Positions 50,242 through 58,044 of a stretch of 64,000 bases of DNA are shown piece after piece; positions within the stretch are counted from its first letter, which is position 1, and the number at the start of each line of letters is the position of its first letter. This DNA is from Longimicrobiales bacterium. Lineage in GTDB: Bacteria; Gemmatimonadota; Gemmatimonadetes; Longimicrobiales; Gaopeijiaceae. The stretch lies in contig CBDFMQ010000002.1 in assembly GCA_965249725.1 (NCBI GenBank), positions 2,784,001 to 2,848,000 on the forward strand, in the 5' to 3' direction. A program made the translations under genes and the position numbers. Below the pieces are notes generated by a model. That model saw only the letters and a list, made by a program, of their open reading frames with translations, was not told the origin of the DNA and searched no databases.

Positions 50242-52911
50242 TCAGTTGGGCACCCGCTCCTTCAACTCCTCGAAGAAGTTGTCGACGAGAATCAATTGGC
50301 TGTCGAGATCAAGCGATCTCATCAGCATCAGGCGTTGGTCGTCCGGGCTGATGTCATAACCCGCGCTGCCGTTTCCGATCTGGTAGTCGGTCGAAGAGAA
50401 TAGGACTCGCTGCTGTCCTACAGAAAATGATGGATCGACGTTGATTTCGGCGACCATCTGTGTCCCTCCGACCGACTCACCCTGGTAGAACAACTCTCTG
50501 CCGCTGTGTGCCCACACGGACTCATCGCCGTAGGTAGTGGAGACCTGCCACAGGCCCGCGTCGACGTCGGGGAATGGACGCACGTACACCTGAGCCCGAT
50601 CCTCGGGGTTCGCTCTCCAGGTATACGAGAGCCAGCGCCCGTCCGGGGAAAGCGAGATCTCGGTCGCCCGCACTCCATCCGTGACCAACGGAGTCGCTAG
50701 ACTGTCCAATTCTGGCCGTATCGCGAAGATGTCCGCGTTGGCAACCAGGCCGTCAGATTCGACGAATACGAGCCACGTGCCATCGGGCGTGTACGCGAAT
50801 TCCTGAATGGGCCGCTCCCTGTCCAGGACGAGTTCAGCCGAGCCACTCCCGTCTGCTCTCTTTCTCCACAGATCGCGTTGCCCGGCCCGATTCGACACGA
50901 ACGTGACGAACTCCGCATCCCTCGACCACCGAGGCCTGAGATTCTCAGTCCCCTCGAATGTGAGTCGGGACAGCGGGCCTGAGTCCAATTGCTTGACATA
51001 CAAGTCCGCAGTCCCGTCAGCGTCGATGATCGACGCGACGAGCCTCGTGCCGCCCGGGGAAATGGCAAGACTGACCATGAAGGCGTCGGTGGGAAACGCC
51101 CAACCGGGATCAACTTCTTGGACAGTCCCGTCTCGGTCGACCCAGACAGGGGTGTGGAGGCCTCCGCCCACACCCGCCCGGTACACAAGCCTGTCCGACT
51201 CTGACACGTCGAAGTACGGTAGTCCTTGGCTTTGCAGCACTCCCTCTACGACTGGTTCCACAGCACCCATGAGTTCCAGGTTCGTCACGTCGAAGAGTGC
51301 CGCCAAGAGAGTCCCCTCGGTCGGGTTCACGAAGAGCAGATGTCCGGTGGAGACGTAGCGCGGGGCCTGGCCCGGCGTGAGGTCTTTGGTTTCGCCGGTC
51401 TCCAGGTCCAAGGCTTGGATTCGCTGGCCAGAAGCAGACCCCCGCACCTGATACAGGAGGCTACTGCTACCCGGCAGCACCTGCGCGAAGCTGTGGGAAA
51501 CGTCTCCGGCTGCGGTATCCACTCGGGTAACGACCTCGGACGGCCCACCGGTCGCTGGTACGCGGCTCAGTCCTCGCGCCGAGTCTCTGTAGTAGACCCA
51601 ATCACCCTCCCGACTCCACGTTGGGCAGCAGCTGGCAGATTCGGTGAGGATGCGCACTGCCCCCCCATCAAGGGGGACGACCCTAACCGAACCGCCGGAA
51701 GTATGGAAAGCCACCTCCCTATCATCCGGAGAAATAGTCGGGGCGTATGCATTCCCTGCATTCCGGATCGGAGTGGCGCTCAACGCGTCCCACCGCCTCA
51801 TCATCAGTGCGAGTTGCCCCTCCTCATCCACGCCCTTGTACACCATGAATGATCCATCGGCCGAAAGGTCTAGGCTTCCAAACGTGGACGCAAAGGACTG
51901 GCCTACTCCCATCAGCACTGAGACGCGTGTGACCGACTCTGGAGGCTCGGGACGGAGAAGTGACCAGCCCTGACTGAGCGCGAGCACCGCCGCCAGAGAG
52001 GCGAAAGCCATTGTCGACCGCTTCCACGGACCTGCATCTGAAGCGCCGACTCCGACGACCGCCTCGCCATATCGGAAGTGTTCATCTCCCAGCGCCGTCG
52101 CGAACTCCTGAGACGACTTGAACCGATCCGCAGGGAGCTTCTCCAACGCCTTCCGCAGCGCAGCGTCAACATTCGCCGGGATCGAAGCCCGCTTCTCGGT
52201 GGCCGAGATTGGTCGGGAGGAAATGATCTGGCCCAAGACGGCCTGAGCGGTTTTCCCCACGTATGGCGGGTCGCCCGTCAGCATCTCATATAGGACGGAG
52301 CCCAAGGCGTAGGTGTCCGTCGAAGCACCCACGAACTGATCGCCCGTTGCCTGCTCGGGGCTCATATAGAACGGGGTCCCCAGACTCAGGCCGGTCTCCG
52401 TCAGACGCCCTCCACCAGCCGCTCCAACAGCCAGCGCGATCCCAAAGTCGGCGATTAGTGGTCGCCCTTCGTGGAGCAAGATGTTGGCTGGCTTGATGTC
52501 TCGGTGGATGATCTTGTGGCGGTGAGCGTAGTCGAGCGCCTCTGCTAGGTCCGTGGTAATCTTCACCGCTTCGTCCACGGGGAGTTGATGCTCACGGTCC
52601 AGCCTGTCCCGTAACGACTCTCCCTCGATGTAGGGCATCACGTAGTAGAGGAAGCTGTCGGCTTCGCCCGAGTCGTGGAGCGGCAGGATGTTCGGGTGGG
52701 TCAGGTTGGCCGTAGTTTCGATCTCGGCCAGGAATCGCTCAGCGCCTACCACCGCTGCCAACTCGGGCTTCAGGACCTTCAAGGCCACGTTGCGGTTGTG
52801 CTTCAGGTCCTTGGCGAGATAGACCGTAGCCATCCCACCCTCGCCGAGCTCACGCTCGATGACGTACCGATTCTCAAGGGCTCCGTTCAGGCGAGAGACT
52901 GAATCGGACAC
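50242..52911 (-). CDS. Membrane Ser/Thr kinase with TolB/PD40-like beta-propeller (first cassette)
   Basis: GEGGMA, VALK, HRDIKPAN, DFG; TM helix; SPDG repeats. Confidence 0.93.
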   Translation of the reverse strand: MSDSVSRLNGALENRYVIERELGEGGMATVYLAKDLKHNRNVALKVLKPELAAVVGAERFLAEIETTANLTHPNILPLHDSGEADSFLYYVMPYIEGESLRDRLDREHQLPVDEAVKITTDLAEALDYAHRHKIIHRDIKPANILLHEGRPLIADFGIALAVGAAGGGRLTETGLSLGTPFYMSPEQATGDQFVGASTDTYALGSVLYEMLTGDPPYVGKTAQAVLGQIISSRPISATEKRASIPANVDAALRKALEKLPADRFKSSQEFATALGDEHFRYGEAVVGVGASDAGPWKRSTMAFASLAAVLALSQGWSLLRPEPPESVTRVSVLMGVGQSFASTFGSLDLSADGSFMVYKGVDEEGQLALMMRRWDALSATPIRNAGNAYAPTISPDDREVAFHTSGGSVRVVPLDGGAVRILTESASCCPTWSREGDWVYYRDSARGLSRVPATGGPSEVVTRVDTAAGDVSHSFAQVLPGSSSLLYQVRGSASGQRIQALDLETGETKDLTPGQAPRYVSTGHLLFVNPTEGTLLAALFDVTNLELMGAVEPVVEGVLQSQGLPYFDVSESDRLVYRAGVGGGLHTPVWVDRDGTVQEVDPGWAFPTDAFMVSLAISPGGTRLVASIIDADGTADLYVKQLDSGPLSRLTFEGTENLRPRWSRDAEFVTFVSNRAGQRDLWRKRADGSGSAELVLDRERPIQEFAYTPDGTWLVFVESDGLVANADIFAIRPELDSLATPLVTDGVRATEISLSPDGRWLSYTWRANPEDRAQVYVRPFPDVDAGLWQVSTTYGDESVWAHSGRELFYQGESVGGTQMVAEINVDPSFSVGQQRVLFSSTDYQIGNGSAGYDISPDDQRLMLMRSLDLDSQLILVDNFFEELKERVPN

Positions 52912-53065
52912 AGGCGTACTCCGGCACTATCAGGCGGCGGGCAGCATCGCGTGGGGGGCGTGGATAACGTGAGGGGCAGGAGCGGGCGGGTCAACAAGAG
53001 GCTTGGCCCCGGGCCCTGACTGCCGTACGCCCTGGGCGATGCTGGTTCACAAGTGAACCGCCCGA

Positions 53066-53216
53066 AGTCATATCATATAACGTTTGTATCTCCGACGTAC
53101 TACAAGTCCCCGTTTGGGATTCGGACCCGAGACGCGCGGGTAATGATCCGGTAGCCGGAGATTACCGAACTAGTTCGCGTAAGGGCCTTATAGTTCGTGG
53201 TCAGATCTTGACGAAC
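53066..53216 (-). other. Candidate attI/primary recombination site region
   Basis: TAAC at 53078-53081 whose left flank complements the A6 right flank; no closing GTTA; palindromes at 53166-53177 and 53193-53216. Confidence 0.65.
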
Positions 53217-53426
53217 AACTACACCGGGCCGGCCTGCGCGATGAGATCGCTGGGGGGCAGTGGGCCGATCCGGGCTCTCCGGCGGACATCCCTACTCCGC
53301 AGGATCGTGCCAATATGCTGATCGTGGCTCCAGGACGCCAACCAGCCCCTCGTGGCGTCGTCTAACGCTTCGGTCCAGGACCGATTCCGCCATGGCTCCG
53401 CCCGTCGTGTCTTGCGACCGTGGACC

Positions 53427-53951
53427 ATGGACTCCGACTCACCCCGAAACACGCCGTCCAGCCCGCAGCCGACCCAGCTACCGTCTGGGAGTGACATCGA
53501 GGTGACTGTCCGGGCGGGCGCAATCGTGCTACGCGGGCCCTACCGGGAGGATGTTGTCTCGCTGATCCGCTCCCTCCCCGGACGGCGCTGGGACCGCCGC
53601 GAACGCGTTTGGCGCCTACCGGATACATCACTGGTCAGAGCCGCTCTATGGGATAAACTGGGTATCCGTCTCGACCCGGAGCCCCGCGCCGACCGAAAGA
53701 CCCACTTGCGGTCCGACGAGCGGGAGGGCTTATCACTCCGCTTCGATGAAGAGATGCGGCTCCGCGGCTACGCTCCGCGCACTCGACGCGCGTATGGAGG
53801 CCACATCCGCCGCCTTCTCTCCGATGTCGGTGACGCGGAGGACCTGCCGGAAGCACTGCGCGAGCACGTACTCCGCCGGGTCGCCACCGACAAGGTATCT
53901 CGCTCCTACCACAACCAACTGATCAGCGCGCTTCGCTCTCACGAGGTCTGA
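53427..53951 (+). pseudogene. Tyrosine recombinase N-terminal fragment (extra N-terminal domain plus SAM_4-like domain); catalytic domain lost
   Basis: EEMRLRGYAPRTRRAY..HIRR and VSRSYHNQLISALR; breaks off at about 53937. Confidence 0.8.
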
Positions 53952-54026
53952 AGCGGCGCATCCAATCACCACTCGCCCCGATATTGCTATTCCTAGTCGA
54001 GGTTACTTGCAATTTCTAGTGTTATT

Positions 54027-54315
54027 TTGTTTGCAACCGCAGGCGCAGAAGTGCTCCAGTACCGGGACAACGTTGGCCTCGAAATCGACGCCATCGTACA
54101 AACACGAGACGGTCGATGGGCCGCCTTTGAGATCAAACTGGGCCAAGCAAGAGTGGATGAGGCCGCCAAAGACGCTCCTCAGGTTCCGAGACAAGAGGGT
54201 CGACACGAGCAAGACAGGTGAGCCCGCCATGCTCGCCGTCATCGTCAGCAACGGCCTCAGCTATATGCGTGAGGATGGAGTCGCCGTAGTCTCGCTCGGC
54301 GCCCTCGGGCCTTAG
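54027..54315 (+). pseudogene. C-terminal fragment of an AAA+/DUF4143 ATP-binding protein, frameshifted
   Basis: YRD..GLEIDAIV..GRWAAFEIKLG then LAVIV..REDGVAVVSLGALGP. Confidence 0.7.
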
Positions 54316-54499
54316 CCCCATCATGGATCCCCTAGCCGGCACGAACTGGAGCGCCCCGTCCACGGTGAGCGGCTTCGCCCAGGCTGACCCCGAACTGTCG
54401 GTAGGCCACCGGCCGAAGCACCGCAGTCGTTGACGTCCCCCTTATACCCTCCGATGTTCGACTCATGACGGACCGACACACGTTTCTGAGCCGGCAGAC

Positions 54500-55117
54500 A
54501 TGACGGTCCATCGGCTTGCGCACGCTGCTGGCGCGGTGGGCATGAGCTTGGTCTTCCTTCTGCTAGTCGGCTTGGCCATACCCCCCGCTGAGAAGTTTCC
54601 CGACTCCCTCGTTTCCGCATTCCACACGTTCTTCGTGGGTACCCTTATCCACCAAGAGGGACTTCCGGCCGAGAGCGATCCGGGGTGGATGGCAAAGGCC
54701 GAGCCCGGAGACGTGCTCTTTTTCTCCCGGGGGCATGTGGCCTGGGGTGAATGGTCGCACGTGGCGATGGTCGTACGAGCGCCCGACGACGCTGTCTGGG
54801 TGAAGCCAGGCACGCTGGCCGTCTTCGACGCCTCCATCTACGACGGGATGTACCTCTCTCCGCTCGAAGCCTACGGCGACTATCCCAGGGTCGTGGTACG
54901 GCGGGCCTCCGATGATCCCGAGGTCCGGCGACGCATGGCCGAGGCCGCCCTCACTCACCGGACGAGGATCTTCGTCGGCGTCGCCCGAAACGGGGCCCCC
55001 TACACCAACTGCACGACGTCGGTCATCTCAGCGTTGCAGTCTGTGGGGATCCAACCCCACCTCCCAGGGTGGAGGACCCCAGACGAGCTTCTCCGAAGCG
55101 AGATATGGCTCGACTGA
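54500..55117 (+). CDS. Permuted papain-like NlpC/P60 (YiiX/YebB-like) protein
   Basis: PGDVLF, WSHVAM (His before Cys), NCTT, TPDEL; N-terminal TM. Confidence 0.7.
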   Translation: MTVHRLAHAAGAVGMSLVFLLLVGLAIPPAEKFPDSLVSAFHTFFVGTLIHQEGLPAESDPGWMAKAEPGDVLFFSRGHVAWGEWSHVAMVVRAPDDAVWVKPGTLAVFDASIYDGMYLSPLEAYGDYPRVVVRRASDDPEVRRRMAEAALTHRTRIFVGVARNGAPYTNCTTSVISALQSVGIQPHLPGWRTPDELLRSEIWLD

Positions 55118-55617
55118 TCTGGCGGGGGTGGGCTGCTCTCTGCCTCCTGTCCGGTGCCGTCGTAGTACCCCTGTTCCTCGAGGTGTTTTCCGGTGGCTCG
55201 TGGCTGCACTTCACCGCGCTGGTCCTGCGATACGCGTGGCTCTGGCTGCTCGGGCTCCCCATCCTCCGCGAGGGGTGGCTCCCGGCTCGATGGGCCGCCG
55301 TCACCCTCCTCGGGTTTTGCGCACTGGTCTCAGGCATGGTCATGACGGACCTGCTGGGGTACGGGTCCGTGCACCCCGGCTGGTTCCTCGGCCTCGAATG
55401 GTGGCAGCGTCCGATTTATCCTTGGATCGACTTGCTTCCGCGCTGGCATTTCCGGTCCCGGCCTGGATACCTCTGGATCGTCTGCGTGTGGAACGTCGTG
55501 GAGGCAGCGGCGGTGAGCCTGGTCGTCTGGAAGATCCGCGGGCGCGGACGGGAGATCGGGGAGCCGCCCGCTCCCCAGGCGGCTCCCACGTCCATACCGA
55601 CCCCCCGCCTCAGCTGA
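55105..55617 (+). CDS. Hypothetical membrane protein
   Basis: Four hydrophobic segments; start overlaps the upstream stop region. Confidence 0.55.
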   Translation: MARLIWRGWAALCLLSGAVVVPLFLEVFSGGSWLHFTALVLRYAWLWLLGLPILREGWLPARWAAVTLLGFCALVSGMVMTDLLGYGSVHPGWFLGLEWWQRPIYPWIDLLPRWHFRSRPGYLWIVCVWNVVEAAAVSLVVWKIRGRGREIGEPPAPQAAPTSIPTPRLS

Positions 55618-57946
55618 TCAAACGGCTCGGCTTCGCCTTCACCACGAACAGCCCCTCGCTCATGCTCGTGATGATGATCATGCCGCTCTTGAAGTACGGG
55701 TAATTGCTCCATGAACCACCGCCACCGTACGGCGTGGTATCGATGAAGCCGACTTCGGACGGGTTCACCGGATCGGAGATGTCGAGGATACGGAGCCCGC
55801 TGCCGTAGTTCGACTGGTACATCGTGTCGCCTTTGATGTACAAGTTGTGATCCGTGGTCGTGGTCTCGGCGATGTGCTCGTTCACGAGAATCGGGTCATC
55901 CAGATCCGTGACATCCCATACCAAAGTCCGCGTGCCCGCAACCAGGCCCTGCGGCTCGTCGCCCTCGTCGTTGAGGTAGAAGTAACGCTGGTCCTCGGTC
56001 AGCCAACCCTGGTGCGTGTAAGCCACGTTGGGGTAGCTCGCCGTGGAGATTCCGATCGGATTCGCCTTGTCGGTGACGTCGGCTATGCTCAGGGCCGTCT
56101 CGTTGGCGCCCATGCAGATCTCTTTGCCCTGATACTCTTCGTCCGGCCCGTTGTAGACGACGCACTGCGCGTCGTGGGAGTAGCCGGTCCCGCTACGACC
56201 CGTGGATGGGTCGGCAAAGCACCCTGCGAACGTCGGACGGCTCGGATTCTCCAGGTTGATCATGTGAAGTCCGCCGCCACACGTCTCTCCACCGCTGCTG
56301 CTTCCGACCGAATAGGCGAAGCCGGACTCCTCGTTGATCACGATGTTGTGCGCGCTGGCGATGCCGTCGTAGATGAAATCCGCCTCGAACATGGCTGGAA
56401 CGGCCCCCGGGTTTCGCAGCCGGGTCAGATCGAACACCTGCACGCCGTGCTGGTTGGCGGCATCCGCGACGATGTACGCGTGATCCTTATAGGTCTTCAT
56501 GTCACGCCAGATGCTGCTTTGCGATCCGGGGGTCATGGGCAAATCGCCGACGAAGACCGGCCGAGACGGGTCGCTCAAATCCACGAACGACGTCCCGTCG
56601 GTACGCCCGATGATGGCGTACTCTTTGTCGGTTTGCGGATCGGTCCAACCCCATATGTCGTTTACCCTGGTGCCGCGCGCGCCACCGAGGTCCTTGATCG
56701 GCACGAACGACACGATGTCTACGTCGCTGCACTCGAATCCTGCCACTGATTCGTCCTCGCACTCCACTTCCTCGCCGGCTATCGCATCGAGGCCCTTCCA
56801 TTCATTGATGACGGTATTGCGTTCCGACCACGTGTTGCCGGTGCGCTCGAAGATGACGGCGGCGCCTTCCCTGGAATCCACGCCCGTTGCTCCGATCGCG
56901 GCCACCTCACCCGCGATCACGACCGCTCCACCAAAGCCGGCACCGTCGGGCAGCGTGTTGCTGGTCAGTTTCGTTGCTCCGGCCCAGCTACGTGAGCCGT
57001 CCCGCTCGAAGAGGTAGAAGGCGCCGGCACCACCAGTACCAGGAGCACCGACCCAGGTCGTCTCACCGTCGAACGTGATCGACGAGCCGAACTGGGCATT
57101 CGGCTGGGCATCAAACGGGCCCAGAGTGCCCTGCCTCTCCCAAGCGGCGGCTTGTGCGTCATACTCGAAAACGAACACGGCACCGACCCGCTGCCCCGTC
57201 GACGGCGCACCCACCAAAGCCATACCAGAGTCGAGGCCCAGGGACGTCCCGAGTCCGCTCGAGCCATCCATCTGGAGCTTGCCGGTCTCCACCAATCCAC
57301 TCGTGCCGTATTGGAACGCATACGCCGCTCCAGGAGCTCCACGTCCGCCCGGAGCCCCCACCAGTGCTATGCTCCCGTCGAAAGCCAGCGTGGCACCGAA
57401 GTTGTCGCCCGGCGCGGCGTCGCTGCCCGAGGACCTTCCGACTTGGCCCCACGAACCGCTCGCTGAGCGGCTGAACGCGTAGACAGCACCGGCACCGTCA
57501 TTCGCGCCGGTCGCCGAGATCAAGGCGACGTCCCCTTCGATGGCCACGACGGTCCCGAACCCGTCCCCTTCGATGCCATCGTTGGCGGAGAATCGTCCGA
57601 CCTCAGACCACGCGCCGGATCCGTCCCTGCCAAAAACGAAGACCGCGCCCGGCCCATCGAATCTCGCCGGGCTCCCGATCAACAGGGTCCCGCCGTCGCT
57701 GGCCAACCCCCGACCGAAACCGTCCGGCGCACCCCCGGCGTCAGAGGCGGTCAGCTGAGCCACCTCCTGCCATGCGCTGCCGGAGCGGCTGTACACGTAG
57801 ACAATCCCAGGAAACAGGCCGTTCCCGGTCTCACCGATGAGGATGTTCTCACCGCTTACGGTGAGCGCCCCACCGAAACCCTGGGCGGTCAACATCAAAG
57901 GAGCGATCAGCAGCGGGGCAAGTGCGGCTAGAAGACAACGTTTCAT
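55610..57946 (-). CDS. Choice-of-anchor B family protein with FG-GAP repeats
   Basis: FG..LVGAP..GAVY repeats; NDIWGWTDP, WRDMK, YSHDAQC, YTHQGWL, WSNYPYF. Confidence 0.88.
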   Translation of the reverse strand: MKRCLLAALAPLLIAPLMLTAQGFGGALTVSGENILIGETGNGLFPGIVYVYSRSGSAWQEVAQLTASDAGGAPDGFGRGLASDGGTLLIGSPARFDGPGAVFVFGRDGSGAWSEVGRFSANDGIEGDGFGTVVAIEGDVALISATGANDGAGAVYAFSRSASGSWGQVGRSSGSDAAPGDNFGATLAFDGSIALVGAPGGRGAPGAAYAFQYGTSGLVETGKLQMDGSSGLGTSLGLDSGMALVGAPSTGQRVGAVFVFEYDAQAAAWERQGTLGPFDAQPNAQFGSSITFDGETTWVGAPGTGGAGAFYLFERDGSRSWAGATKLTSNTLPDGAGFGGAVVIAGEVAAIGATGVDSREGAAVIFERTGNTWSERNTVINEWKGLDAIAGEEVECEDESVAGFECSDVDIVSFVPIKDLGGARGTRVNDIWGWTDPQTDKEYAIIGRTDGTSFVDLSDPSRPVFVGDLPMTPGSQSSIWRDMKTYKDHAYIVADAANQHGVQVFDLTRLRNPGAVPAMFEADFIYDGIASAHNIVINEESGFAYSVGSSSGGETCGGGLHMINLENPSRPTFAGCFADPSTGRSGTGYSHDAQCVVYNGPDEEYQGKEICMGANETALSIADVTDKANPIGISTASYPNVAYTHQGWLTEDQRYFYLNDEGDEPQGLVAGTRTLVWDVTDLDDPILVNEHIAETTTTDHNLYIKGDTMYQSNYGSGLRILDISDPVNPSEVGFIDTTPYGGGGSWSNYPYFKSGMIIITSMSEGLFVVKAKPSRLIS

Positions 57947-58044
57947 GATTCACCAGAAGTCTAGAAGGAGTGTGGGACCTGGATCGTACGGACGGGACAG
58001 TCTTATTAGGCCCTACTGCCTCGAGAGACAAGGACCCCAGCGGG

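Larger units (their letters stand above)
36521..53951 (-). mobile_element. Integron-like gene cassette array with truncated tyrosine recombinase
   Basis: Eight TAAC..GTTA hairpin sites, complementary cassette ends, terminal half site and divergent recombinase fragment. Confidence 0.85.
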
